A stretch of 64,000 nucleotides of DNA. Source: Akkermansia muciniphila. GTDB taxonomy: Bacteria > Verrucomicrobiota > Verrucomicrobiia > Limisphaerales > UBA9464. The stretch is taken from assembly GCA_945883815.1 (NCBI GenBank), contig CAMCYJ010000010.1, positions 1,047-65,046 of the forward strand, written 5' to 3'. Shown one piece after another: positions 11,318 to 21,202 of the stretch. The notes under the pieces are model-generated. The model did not search any database. It saw only the letters and a program-made list of their open reading frames with translations, and was not told where the DNA came from. The position numbers and the translations under genes are program-made. Each line of letters starts with the position of its first letter. Position 1 is the first letter of the stretch.

Positions 11318-14300
11318 ATGAAGTGCCCTCGAACCATTCACCCGATGATTTGGCAAACGCTCTGGGTGTTTTGGATGCTGGGCACGTCGGGGCTCGAGGC
11401 TCGGACTTGGCAAGCAATTCCAGAAGGGCGGCAACGGCAACTGGTCGTACCTCCAGATGGGGGCACAGGGTTCAAAACGGTACCCTCGGGACGCAGCGGG
11501 ATTCTGTTCACCAACTCGCTCGACGGGATGCGGGCCATCACCAACCAGATTTTCCACAATGGCTCTGGTGTCGCGGCCGGCGACATCGACGGGGACGGAC
11601 GTTGCGATCTCTACTTCGGGAGCATCGAGGGCGGAAATCGCCTCTATCGCAACCTCGGGGATTGGCGATTCGTCGACATCGCGACCACCGCGGGCGTGAG
11701 CTGCAGTGGGCTACCAACCACCGGAGTGGCCCTAGCCGATGTCGACGGTGACAGCGATCTGGATCTGGTGGTCAATACGATCGGCTTCGGCACTCGACTC
11801 TTCGTCAATGATGGACACGGCCAATTTCGGGATACCACCGAGCAAGCCGGGCTGAACAGGGCCTCGGGTGCCATGTCGGTCTCCCTAGGCGACATCGACC
11901 GGGACGGCGACATCGACCTCTACGTGGCCAATTACCGGAGCACCACGCTGCGCGATGAACCCGATACCCGCTTCCGCCTGAAGCGCGAGGGCGCAGCTAC
12001 GATCATCACCGCCGTCAACGAACGCCCGGTGACCGAGCCCGACTTGGTGGGCCGATTCAGCTTTGATCCATCCACTGGAATCGTCGAGCACGGCCAACCC
12101 GATGTGTTGTACCGGAACAACGGTCGCGGTGTCTTCAGCCGGGTGCCCTGGGATCAAGGGGACTTCGTCGATACACAAGGCCGACCCTCGGCAGTTCCTT
12201 TTGATTGGGGACTTTGCGGTCTTTTGCGCGATCTCGACGGGGACGGCAGTCCCGATCTCTATGTTTGCAACGACTTCGCGTCACCGGATCGGGTGTGGAT
12301 GAACCGTGGCGATGGACGGTTCAGGTCCATCCCAGACGCGGCCATTCGGACCACGAGCCGATTCTCGATGGGGGTCGACGTCGCGGACATCGACCGGGAT
12401 GGCGACGACGACATTCTCGTCCTCGACATGCTCAGCCGCGATCACCGCCGGCGTCAGGTACAAACCGGCAGCGGCAAGGCTCCGATGGTCGAAGGCAATT
12501 CCGGCCGCGCCCAGGTGATGCGCAACACCCTGCTGCTGAACCGAGGTGACGGATCCTACGCCGAGATCGGCCAACTGGCCGGTGTGCAGGCCTCGGAGTG
12601 GTCGTGGACGCCCCGGTTTCTCGACGTGGATCTGGACGGATACGAAGACCTGCTGGTCTCCAACGGCAATTTGCGGGACGCCCAGAACGTGGACTTCCTG
12701 CGAGAGGTGGAGAACCTAAAAAGCGATCGGCGCCTTTCCCGCTTGGAGAGACTCCAACTGAGGGCCCGATTCCCCCGATTGGACACACCGAACTGCGCAT
12801 TCCGAAACACAGGCCGGTTGGGATTCGAAGAGGTGGGCCGAGCCTGGGGGTTTGATGTGGCAGGAATCTGCCCTGGAATGGCTGTGGCCGACCTCGATGG
12901 CGACGGCGACCTCGATGTGGTGCTCAACCAGCTCGACGGACCGGCAGTCTTGTTACGCAACGATTCAATCGCAACTCGCCTGGCAGTGCGGCTGAAAGGG
13001 CGGATGGGCAACAGCCAGGGTATTGGCGCCAAGGTCTTCTGCCTGGGAGGACCCGTCTCTCAGAGCCAGTCGATCACCTGCGGCGGCAAATACCTTTCTG
13101 CAGACGAGGCTTTACTGGTTTTCGCTGCTGGCAGCCCAACCAACCGTTTGAAGCTCGAGGTCCATTGGCCCAGCGGGCACCGAACGCGATTCGATCAGGC
13201 GCAGCCCAATTCCCTCGTTGAACTCGAAGAACCGGCCGGCCCTGCACCGGCACGCCCCATGATCAAGCCACCTCCAGAACCCCTTCTTCGGGAAGTGCAC
13301 CTGACGCAGGGTTGGACCCATCAGGCCGACTCTCCCCAACAAGAATCCGCTCAGTTGCTGATGCCCCGCCGTTCGGACAACCCGGCACCGGGGGTCGGTT
13401 GGTTTGATTGGGACCGGGATGGCTGGGAAGACCTGATCATCGGAGCAGGAAACCGGGCTGCACACGCCCTTTTTCGCAACCTCGGCAACGGTGGTTTTCA
13501 GGCAGTTTCCACGCCCAACGACGAAGGATTACGATCTAGGACGCCCGGCCTGTTGGGCTGGCCGACGCCAACGGGGCCTTCAAAATTGCCAGCCCATTCC
13601 GGCCCCATGGCCCTCGGCGATGTGGATGGGGACGGCGATCTCGATCTTTTCGTCGGCGGAACGGCGGTCCCAGGCCGTTATCCGGAGGCGACCGCATCGC
13701 TCCTTTTTATTAATGAGAACGGCCAGTGGACTCCCGCCACGGGTTACGACGGCCTGCTAAAGGGGGTGGGTTTGGTGAATGGCGCCGTGTGGTCCGACCT
13801 CGACGGGGATGGATTTCCGGAACTGGCCCTCGCCCGCGAATGGGCTCCGCCAGCGATCTTCAAAAATCGTCGCGGGCGCCTCGAAAGCAACTCGCCTGAC
13901 TGGAATCTCAACGCATTCTCCGGGTTGTGGACCGGAATTGCCGCCGGGGACTTCGATGGCGACGGCCGCATGGATCTGGCCTTGGGCAACCGGGGACGGA
14001 ACCACCGCTGGAACGCCTCGACCGAGAATCCCCTCCAACTCTTCTTTGGCGACATTCGCGGAGACGGTTCAGTGGAGTCCATCGAGGCGCATCGAGACCC
14101 GGCGTCGGGGCATCTGGTGCCATGGTTGACTTTGGATGAACTGGGAATGGCCTTTCCATCCGTGCTGCAGCGATTCCGCCGGGCCGAGGACTATGGCCGG
14201 GCCCGGCTTGAAGACATCCTGGCCGAGAGTTTCCGAAGCATGAAATCGCTCGAGATCACGACTCTTGATTCCATGGTGTTCCTCAATCGAGGTTCATCGT

Positions 14301-14911
14301 GGGAGGCCCATGCATTGCCCATCGAAGCCCAATTCGCCCCAGTTTACGGATTGGCGGCCGGCGACCTGGATGGGGATGGTCGAATCGATTTGCTACTCAA
14401 CCACGGTTCCTGGCCCACGGACTCTGACATCGGTGGTCACCATGCCGGGTTGGGGTTGCTCTGCCTGGGTGAGGGTCGCGGCACCTTCCGGGCCCTGTCA
14501 GCCGATGAGAGCGGGCTGCGGATTCCGGGTGAGGGACGAGGCCTGGCCCTCGCGGACTACGACCACGACGGTCGCTGGGACGTGGCCGCTGGACAGCGTG
14601 AAGGACCCCTGCTGCTGTTTCGAAACCACCAAGCCCGAGCGGGCCTGCGGGTCGTCCTCGAAGGAGGGACAGGGAACCCCGACGGGGTGGGCGCTCAGGT
14701 GCGACTGCGGGGGCACAGTGGCTTCGGTCCCATGTCGGAAATCCACGGCGGCAGCGGACACTACTCCCAGAACGCCGCCACCGTGGTGATGACACTCCCG
14801 GAGCTTTGTTTAGAAGTCTGGGTCCGATGGCCGGGTGGGCGGATCACCCGCAAAGAAATTACCCCCGACCTCGGGGAGATTCGGTTGAAGCACGGCGTCC
14901 CAGACCGATAA
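11318..14911 (+). CDS. CRTAC1/ASPIC-UnbV family protein with FG-GAP/VCBS repeats
   Basis: Start moved to MKCPRTIHPMIWQTLWVFWML (signal-like). Repeated DxDGDG loops (DIDGDGRCDLYF, DVDGDSDLDLVV, DIDRDGDIDLYV, DLDGDGDLDVVL). The UnbV_ASPIC-like GVGAQV...GGSG(H)YSQN pattern occurs mid-protein and at the C-terminus. Confidence 0.85.
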   Translation: MKCPRTIHPMIWQTLWVFWMLGTSGLEARTWQAIPEGRQRQLVVPPDGGTGFKTVPSGRSGILFTNSLDGMRAITNQIFHNGSGVAAGDIDGDGRCDLYFGSIEGGNRLYRNLGDWRFVDIATTAGVSCSGLPTTGVALADVDGDSDLDLVVNTIGFGTRLFVNDGHGQFRDTTEQAGLNRASGAMSVSLGDIDRDGDIDLYVANYRSTTLRDEPDTRFRLKREGAATIITAVNERPVTEPDLVGRFSFDPSTGIVEHGQPDVLYRNNGRGVFSRVPWDQGDFVDTQGRPSAVPFDWGLCGLLRDLDGDGSPDLYVCNDFASPDRVWMNRGDGRFRSIPDAAIRTTSRFSMGVDVADIDRDGDDDILVLDMLSRDHRRRQVQTGSGKAPMVEGNSGRAQVMRNTLLLNRGDGSYAEIGQLAGVQASEWSWTPRFLDVDLDGYEDLLVSNGNLRDAQNVDFLREVENLKSDRRLSRLERLQLRARFPRLDTPNCAFRNTGRLGFEEVGRAWGFDVAGICPGMAVADLDGDGDLDVVLNQLDGPAVLLRNDSIATRLAVRLKGRMGNSQGIGAKVFCLGGPVSQSQSITCGGKYLSADEALLVFAAGSPTNRLKLEVHWPSGHRTRFDQAQPNSLVELEEPAGPAPARPMIKPPPEPLLREVHLTQGWTHQADSPQQESAQLLMPRRSDNPAPGVGWFDWDRDGWEDLIIGAGNRAAHALFRNLGNGGFQAVSTPNDEGLRSRTPGLLGWPTPTGPSKLPAHSGPMALGDVDGDGDLDLFVGGTAVPGRYPEATASLLFINENGQWTPATGYDGLLKGVGLVNGAVWSDLDGDGFPELALAREWAPPAIFKNRRGRLESNSPDWNLNAFSGLWTGIAAGDFDGDGRMDLALGNRGRNHRWNASTENPLQLFFGDIRGDGSVESIEAHRDPASGHLVPWLTLDELGMAFPSVLQRFRRAEDYGRARLEDILAESFRSMKSLEITTLDSMVFLNRGSSWEAHALPIEAQFAPVYGLAAGDLDGDGRIDLLLNHGSWPTDSDIGGHHAGLGLLCLGEGRGTFRALSADESGLRIPGEGRGLALADYDHDGRWDVAAGQREGPLLLFRNHQARAGLRVVLEGGTGNPDGVGAQVRLRGHSGFGPMSEIHGGSGHYSQNAATVVMTLPELCLEVWVRWPGGRITRKEITPDLGEIRLKHGVPDR

Positions 14912-14990
14912 TCCCCCCGACTCGAACCGATTTGCGGGGCACCTTGGATCTGATCGGCAAACGCTTTCCAGACCCAGACCAACCGCCCGC

Positions 14991-17441
14991 TCAGGGACGG
15001 ACGTGGAACGCCCGGATCGGCAGCGGCATCGGAATTCCTTCACCCTTCACGCTCTTCCAGAGAATCTCATTGAGAGCCAGCATGGGCGTGAGGTCGTAGT
15101 CCGAAAAATCCATGAGCGCCGACTCGGCCGAGCCAGGGGCGCCCTTGACGTTGCGGGCGTCGACATCGACCTGCGGAGCCAACTGGGTGAAGGGCGTGAG
15201 GTCCAAACCTCCCTCGAAGGCGGCGTACATCGGAGCGGCCGCCGCATCGAATTGAGTCATGGGCGGCAGACCCAGCAACAACTCCATGCTGCGCAGCATG
15301 GAACTTGTGGTGTACAAAGTGCTGTCGACCACACGGCGCCGGCTGTACGGGCTCAAAACGAGACCAATGGTGCGACGGGCATCGACGTGGTCGGAACCAT
15401 TTTGCGCATCGTCTTCGATGATGAAGATCGCCGTCTCTTTCCAGTAGGGGCTGTGGCTGACGCGATCGACCAGTTGGCCGACCGCCCAGTCGTTGTTGGC
15501 AACAGCCGCCACCGGGGTGGGCGCACCGACCCGGGTGCCTTGCGTGTGATCTTCACCCAGGCTCATCACCACAAAGTTGGGCAAACGCCGCTTCGGATCG
15601 GTCGACGAGTAGTTCTCGACGAAGCCATCGAACTCGGCGTTGAAGACGCGCACGTTGTCCGTATCCCGCATGCCCGTTTTCCGGAAATTCGGGCTGACAT
15701 GACCCACCAATCCCTCGACCCCTGGGGCCGCGTCCATCTGGCCCCCTTCACTGGTGCGGGCAGCGTATTCGCCATAGGAGCGATAGGTAAGTCCTTTGCG
15801 CCGAGCCAGATCCCAAATGTGACCCGACGAAGGCACTTGAGCCGGAGCCGACGAGGCCTTGCTAATACCGCCATAATTGGGGGGCCACAGCTTTTCATTG
15901 AAATCGGTGGCATAGCCCGCGTTGGACCACGAGTGACCATCCACACTGACCTCGGCATCACAGTACAAATTATCGAAAAGGAGAAATTCTTCGGCCAAGC
16001 GGTGCTGGTTGGGCGTCACCGAACGTCCGAAAATGGTGAGTCGCGGATCGCCGTTGCCCTGTGGCAAGTCCCCAAAAACCTGATCGTAGGTGCGGTTCTC
16101 CTTGATGATATAAATGACATGCTTGATCGGAGAACCCACCCCCACCCGATTGGGCAGGATGGTTCCTCGGACCGCGGGCGGCTTGGCCGCACTCAGGAGC
16201 GCATCGTGGTAGGGAGTGTTGGCGATGACCTTCCGGGTGTAGCCGCGGATCTTGCTGCGGAGATTAGCCAGCGGGAGCGCGGTGATGCTGCCCTGCTGGA
16301 GCGACTTGACCGACCCCAACCCTTCGGTGTTGCCATCCTTGCTCAAGGGCGACAAGGGGCCTCGGACGTTGGAATAACCCCCGAGTCCCTTGGAAGAACC
16401 AATGTGCAGGAACTTCCCGTCTTTGGAGATAGAGAGCGACGACGGATACCAGGTCGTGGGAATGAACCCGAGAATGTGGCTCTCTTCCCGTTCGCCGACA
16501 TGGATCACCGCCACACAGTGATTATCGGCATTGGCCACAAACAACAGGCGCTGGGACGGATCCAGCGCCAAGGCATTGGGAGTTGAGCCCACAGGCGCAC
16601 GCGGATGGATGGAGGTGCGGAGTGTCTCGATCGACCGCATCTCCTGGGTGTCGATCACCACGACGGAGTTCTCGTTGCCGCAGGCCACGTAGAGGCGGCC
16701 ATCTCGGGCGAGCAGCAAATCGTTGGGATTGGTGCCGACCTGGATGGTGGCCTTGACCTTCAAGGTGGCCGTGTCGATGACACTCACCGATCGGCTGGAC
16801 CAATTGGAGACGAACACTGTGCCGCCATCCGAACTCAATTGGAGGTCGCACGGAGTAACCTCCACCTCGACCTGCCCCAGAACCTTGCCATCGCGGGAAT
16901 CAAAGGCCACTACATGGCCGGGCTCACTTCCGGTGCCCCGATTGGCAGCATACAAGACAGGCCGGGACGGATGGTGCGCCAAACCAGCCCAGTAGATGGA
17001 TGCGGCAGGCAGTCCATTGGTAAATTGGGCCACGGGCGATCCGCTCAGCCGACCATCGCGGTATTCAAAAACGTAAATCGGTGCAACCTCCGGCTTCTTG
17101 CCGCCGCCGGCATTGCCACCCGAGACAAAGAGGCGCCCACCATCTGTGCTCCACGCCAAACCCATCCACGAGGAGCGCAGGGGGATTTTTTGGAGAATGG
17201 CCGAGCCATCGGGCTGGATCACCACGAGGCCATGCGGGTTGAAACCACTGTGGAGGCCCACCAGCACGCGCCCATCGGGTGACGGGGACAGGCCCAGCAC
17301 GTAGTCCGGAGTTGTGAGGTGGCGACCGACTGGCGAGATACTCCACCCATTGGGCAACAATGTATTCCCATTGGTCGGACCGGGCAGTTGGGCAAAGGCA
17401 CAGAAGGTCGCCAGCCAGGCGAGGATCAAGCTCCGAATCAT
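14991..17441 (-). CDS. Exported beta-propeller (YncE/YVTN-like) fused to a phosphoesterase-family (PLC/AcpA-type) domain
   Basis: Start trimmed to MIRSLILAWLATFCAFAQ (signal). Propeller repeats present (LYVACGNENSVVVIDT, LLFVANADNHCVAVI). Phosphoesterase motif IKHVIYIIKENRTYDQVFGDL. The upstream part of ORF 14991..18035 overlaps the divergent gene. Confidence 0.8.
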   Translation of the reverse strand: MIRSLILAWLATFCAFAQLPGPTNGNTLLPNGWSISPVGRHLTTPDYVLGLSPSPDGRVLVGLHSGFNPHGLVVIQPDGSAILQKIPLRSSWMGLAWSTDGGRLFVSGGNAGGGKKPEVAPIYVFEYRDGRLSGSPVAQFTNGLPAASIYWAGLAHHPSRPVLYAANRGTGSEPGHVVAFDSRDGKVLGQVEVEVTPCDLQLSSDGGTVFVSNWSSRSVSVIDTATLKVKATIQVGTNPNDLLLARDGRLYVACGNENSVVVIDTQEMRSIETLRTSIHPRAPVGSTPNALALDPSQRLLFVANADNHCVAVIHVGEREESHILGFIPTTWYPSSLSISKDGKFLHIGSSKGLGGYSNVRGPLSPLSKDGNTEGLGSVKSLQQGSITALPLANLRSKIRGYTRKVIANTPYHDALLSAAKPPAVRGTILPNRVGVGSPIKHVIYIIKENRTYDQVFGDLPQGNGDPRLTIFGRSVTPNQHRLAEEFLLFDNLYCDAEVSVDGHSWSNAGYATDFNEKLWPPNYGGISKASSAPAQVPSSGHIWDLARRKGLTYRSYGEYAARTSEGGQMDAAPGVEGLVGHVSPNFRKTGMRDTDNVRVFNAEFDGFVENYSSTDPKRRLPNFVVMSLGEDHTQGTRVGAPTPVAAVANNDWAVGQLVDRVSHSPYWKETAIFIIEDDAQNGSDHVDARRTIGLVLSPYSRRRVVDSTLYTTSSMLRSMELLLGLPPMTQFDAAAAPMYAAFEGGLDLTPFTQLAPQVDVDARNVKGAPGSAESALMDFSDYDLTPMLALNEILWKSVKGEGIPMPLPIRAFHVRP

Positions 17442-17638
17442 TGATCTACCCAAGACTGTTCCAGTGACGAATTGACGGCGAAACAGGGTCGATCTGCCAA
17501 CAATTGGCCGCTTGGACAGAAGCCCTTGGCATCGGAGACGGCAGTAATCCTGTGACAGCGTTGCAACAATCCAGACGCCGCAGTCCAGCAAACCGCTTTG
17601 GGGTTGATTCCCCGGATGGCAGAGCCCACAGAAACACC

Positions 17639-19018
17639 ATGTGCGCGCACTCGGATGGATTTCAACGGCAACCACCAAAGGTGGGGCGATCCGGCTTGGG
17701 AATCCTCGGCCTTCTGATCTACCTGTCCTGCCTGTCGGCGTCCGCGCAACCCCTACGCTGGTGGAAGGGCAACTTGCACACGCACACGCTCTGGTCGGAC
17801 GGCGATGACTTCCCGGAAATGATCGCCGAGTCGTACCGCGAACGCGGATACCACTTCCTGGCCCTGTCCGATCATAATCTCCTGAGTCGGGGCGAGCGAT
17901 GGATGTCCCTGAAGTCGGTGGCAGACCGTGCCAAGGGGGAGCCTTGGCACGCGGGCATTCAGCCCAGGGACGCCTTCGCGGCCTACTTGCGCCGGTACGG
18001 GCCCGATTGGGTTCAAACCCGGACGAACCCAACAAACGGGATTCGTGAGGTGCGTCTCAAGCCCTACGACGAATTCCGCGCGCTGGTGGAGGAGCGCGGG
18101 CGATTCCTGCTCATCGAGTCCGAAGAGATCACCCAAGCCGCCGAAAACCAACGCCAGATCCACATCGGCGCCATCAACCTGCATGAGGCCTTGCCGTCGC
18201 TGAAAGGCGCCACCGTGCCGGAGATCATCCAAAAGGCGCTGGACCGGGTCGCTGAAGCCCGTCAGCGCTCCGGCCGACCGACCCTCGTTCACGTGAACCA
18301 TCCCAACTACAAATGGGGAGTCACCGCCGAGGACCTCGCCGCCGTGGTGGGCGAGCGCTTCTTCGAGGTCTGGAACGGCGTGGACGGCGACAACGACCCG
18401 GGCGACGCGCAGCACCCCTCGACCGACCAGATCTGGGACATCGCCAACACCTTGCGCATCGCCGGTCTCGGAGCGCCGCCGCTTTACGGGATCGCCACGG
18501 ATGACTCCCACGATTACCAGGGAAATGAACGGCGATCGCCGCCATTCCGCGCCTGGATCCAAGTCCGGGCGCGTCGTCTGACCCCGGAGTCACTGATCCA
18601 CGCGGTGGAGCAGGGTGACTTTTACGCGTCCACGGGCGTGGTGCTCGACGACGTGGCCTTCGACGCGGACTCCCGCCGCCTGTCGCTGCAAATCCACGCC
18701 CGCCCTGGCGAGCGCTTCACCACCCGGTTCGTCGGTACCCGACGGGGCGTCTCGCTGGAAGGGAAGCCACGGGTGGACGCGGCCGGAAAGGTGGTGGAGA
18801 CCACCCTCGACTACCGTGCTGAAACCGGGCCGCAAATCGGGGAGATTCTTGCCGAGGTGAAGGGCCCCCGACCCTCTTATCACCTGCGCGGCGACGAACT
18901 GTACGTCCGGGCGGTCGTCGTCTCCTCCCGGAAGCCGGAGGTGCCGAGCACCGAGACCGAGCACCAACAGGCCTGGACCCAACCCGTGGGGTGGGTGCTC
19001 GGGGAACCCCGGAAATGA
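17639..19018 (+). CDS. PHP-domain (CehA/McbA-like) metal-dependent phosphoesterase, exported
   Basis: WWKGNLHTHTLWSDGDDFPEMIAESYRERGYHFLALSDHN is typical of the PHP fold. Signal-like LGILGLLIYLSCLSASAQP. Start chosen at the first ATG before the signal. Confidence 0.65.
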   Translation: MCAHSDGFQRQPPKVGRSGLGILGLLIYLSCLSASAQPLRWWKGNLHTHTLWSDGDDFPEMIAESYRERGYHFLALSDHNLLSRGERWMSLKSVADRAKGEPWHAGIQPRDAFAAYLRRYGPDWVQTRTNPTNGIREVRLKPYDEFRALVEERGRFLLIESEEITQAAENQRQIHIGAINLHEALPSLKGATVPEIIQKALDRVAEARQRSGRPTLVHVNHPNYKWGVTAEDLAAVVGERFFEVWNGVDGDNDPGDAQHPSTDQIWDIANTLRIAGLGAPPLYGIATDDSHDYQGNERRSPPFRAWIQVRARRLTPESLIHAVEQGDFYASTGVVLDDVAFDADSRRLSLQIHARPGERFTTRFVGTRRGVSLEGKPRVDAAGKVVETTLDYRAETGPQIGEILAEVKGPRPSYHLRGDELYVRAVVVSSRKPEVPSTETEHQQAWTQPVGWVLGEPRK

Positions 19019-19170
19019 CCGCTGGAGCCCCCGATGCCGGCGCCGCCCTGGATCCCGAGTGGGAACCTTTGGCGTTTACAAGCCGCCGACATTCGGGAGA
19101 TTCGGGCCTTCGCATGAGGCAGGGAACCCCATCGCCAGCTCCAACCCTCCGCCGGGACGGCGCATGGACG

Positions 19171-21198
19171 ATGGCCCCGACCCATTGGATGCTCTCCCTC
19201 TGGATGGCGCTGGGCTGCCTGGGTCGCCTGTGGGCCCAGGAGCTGACGGTGCGGGAGATCCCGGAACTGACCCTCTCCTCGGCCCCCGGATGGACCGAAC
19301 GCCTGGAGTGGATGGCTTCCGACGTCTCCGCGCCCTCCTGGTCGGTGCCGCAGGATCCTCCCGACCGCGTCACCAACAGCCTCCGATGGGTCGACCGCTC
19401 CCGCCAGCGGTCCATCGGCTTCTACCGCACCGTGGTCACCGGCTGGGATGCGACGACGCTGATCCAGTCGATCCCCACCCATGAACCGTCCGGAAGCCGG
19501 CGGCCCGCCGGATTCGTCTGGATCGCGCCGGGGCTCTTCACCATGGGAAGTCCGGCCGGAGAACCGGGCCGGGGGACCAACGAGGTGCGGCGATCGGTGC
19601 TCCTGACCCGGGGCTTCTGGATGAGCGACCACGAGGTGACCCAGTCGGAATACCGGGGCCTCATGGGTCGGAACCCGTCGGGATTCCCCGGCGACGACCG
19701 GCCCGTGGAGAACGTTTCCTGGACCGATGCCGTCGCCTATTGCGAGGCGTTGAACCGGAAGGCCTCCGGGCTCGGGGAACTCCCCCCGGGCCATGCCTAC
19801 CGGCTCCCCACCGAGGCCGAGTGGGAATACGCGGCCAGGGCGGGGTCCGGGACCTCCTACCCATGGGGCGAGTCCGAGGCGGAGATCGGACGCCATGCCT
19901 GGCACGCGGGCACCGCCGAGTTCTCCACCCGGGAGGTCCGTCGCCTGTCGCCCAACCGCTGGGGCCTCCACGACCTGCTCGGCAACGTCTGGGAATGGTG
20001 CCTGGACTGGGGGGCCGTGCCGTCCGACACGGCCTCCCTGGAGCCGGTCGGCCCGAGGATCGGATCGCTGCGGGTGATCCGGGGTGGATCCTACCTGGAT
20101 GACCCGAGGTGGCTGCGGACGGCCGCGCGGATGGCGTTCCGGCCGGACTGGTCGGGCGATTGCCTGGGGTTCCGACCCGTGTTGGCCGCGACCGATCCCC
20201 CGGGCTCGGGCCGATTGGGGCTGCGGATGGTGCCGGAGCTCACGCTGCGAGGGAGACCCGGCACCAGATACCGCATCGAGAGAACCCGCTCGCCCCAGGT
20301 GACGAACTCGTGGGAATCAGCCGCCCAACTCGACCTCGGCACCAACTCGTTGATCGTGTGGACCGATCTCTCGGAGAGACCGCCGGGATGGTCCTACCGT
20401 GCGGTGCAGATCGTGGAAAACGGCGGAGAAGGGGGAGGAGGCTCTGGCGGACCCGGCGGCGTGGGCGATGGCGGAGGGCCACTCCGACCGGGAGAACCCA
20501 CCAACGGACGACCCGCTGGATTCGTCTGGGTCTCCGGCGGGACCTTCCGCATGGGCAGCCCGGACACCGAGCTCGGCCGTCGCTTCAACGAGGTGACCCG
20601 CACGGTCACCCTGACCCGGGGCTACTGGATGAGCGACCACGAGGTGACTGAAGCCGAATTCGAGTCGCAGCTGGGCCGCGCAAGCACACCGGCCCATGGC
20701 CCAAGGTTTCCGGTCCAAGCCACCTGGGTGGACGCCGTGCGGTACTGCCAGGCCCTGACGGACAAGGCCCGGGCGGGCGGCACCTTGCCGGAGGGATTCG
20801 TCTATCGCCTGCCCACGGAGGCCGAATGGGAGAACGCCTGCCGGGCCGGGACCACCACCCGGTACTCCTGGGGCGACGACCCTGACGACCTAGACATCGG
20901 GAAGCACGCGTGGTCCTGGGTCGCGTCCCACCACGAAGTCCGCCAGTTGCTTCCCAACCCGCTGGGTCTCTACGACATGTCCGGAAACCTCTGGGAATGG
21001 TGCGCCGACAGCTATCGGGACACCTTCCCGGACACGGCCGTCGACCCGTTGGCGACAGGCAACATCACGCGCCGGTCCATCCGGGGCGGCGGATACTACG
21101 AATTTTTCTCCCGCAGCCGCTCAGCGGCCCGGGGCGGAGCGCAAACCCCCGATTGGCGGGACCTTGGCTTCCGGCCCGTCCTGGCACGCCCCCTCTGA
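19171..21198 (+). CDS. Formylglycine-generating-enzyme (SUMF1/FGE-sulfatase) family protein with two complete FGE-type domains
   Basis: Two copies of ...F(T/R)MGSP...LTRG(F/Y)WMSDHEVT...YRLPTEAEWE(Y/N)A(A/C)RAG...GNVWEWC/GNLWEWC...IRGG...LGFRPVLA. Signal-like MAPTHWMLSLWMALGCLGRLWAQ. Alternative start at 19114. Confidence 0.85.
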   Translation: MAPTHWMLSLWMALGCLGRLWAQELTVREIPELTLSSAPGWTERLEWMASDVSAPSWSVPQDPPDRVTNSLRWVDRSRQRSIGFYRTVVTGWDATTLIQSIPTHEPSGSRRPAGFVWIAPGLFTMGSPAGEPGRGTNEVRRSVLLTRGFWMSDHEVTQSEYRGLMGRNPSGFPGDDRPVENVSWTDAVAYCEALNRKASGLGELPPGHAYRLPTEAEWEYAARAGSGTSYPWGESEAEIGRHAWHAGTAEFSTREVRRLSPNRWGLHDLLGNVWEWCLDWGAVPSDTASLEPVGPRIGSLRVIRGGSYLDDPRWLRTAARMAFRPDWSGDCLGFRPVLAATDPPGSGRLGLRMVPELTLRGRPGTRYRIERTRSPQVTNSWESAAQLDLGTNSLIVWTDLSERPPGWSYRAVQIVENGGEGGGGSGGPGGVGDGGGPLRPGEPTNGRPAGFVWVSGGTFRMGSPDTELGRRFNEVTRTVTLTRGYWMSDHEVTEAEFESQLGRASTPAHGPRFPVQATWVDAVRYCQALTDKARAGGTLPEGFVYRLPTEAEWENACRAGTTTRYSWGDDPDDLDIGKHAWSWVASHHEVRQLLPNPLGLYDMSGNLWEWCADSYRDTFPDTAVDPLATGNITRRSIRGGGYYEFFSRSRSAARGGAQTPDWRDLGFRPVLARPL

Positions 21199-21202
21199 GC
21201 CG

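Noticed and set aside
17442-18035. Upstream 198 codons of ORF 14991..18035 (-), and likewise the upstream parts of ORFs 17504, 18991, 21164, 23321, 27077, 37420 and 44467.
   Set aside because: These extensions overlap neighbouring genes or intergenic DNA and are low-complexity. Each is followed by an internal Met that opens a clean signal peptide or a conserved N-terminal motif.
19171-21198. Considered a diversity-generating retroelement (DGR) target, since FGE-sulfatase/C-type-lectin folds are common DGR variable proteins.
   Set aside because: There is no reverse transcriptase, no Avd-like gene and no template repeat with adenine-specific mismatches anywhere in the window. The internal similarity is a whole-module duplication, not a TR/VR pair.
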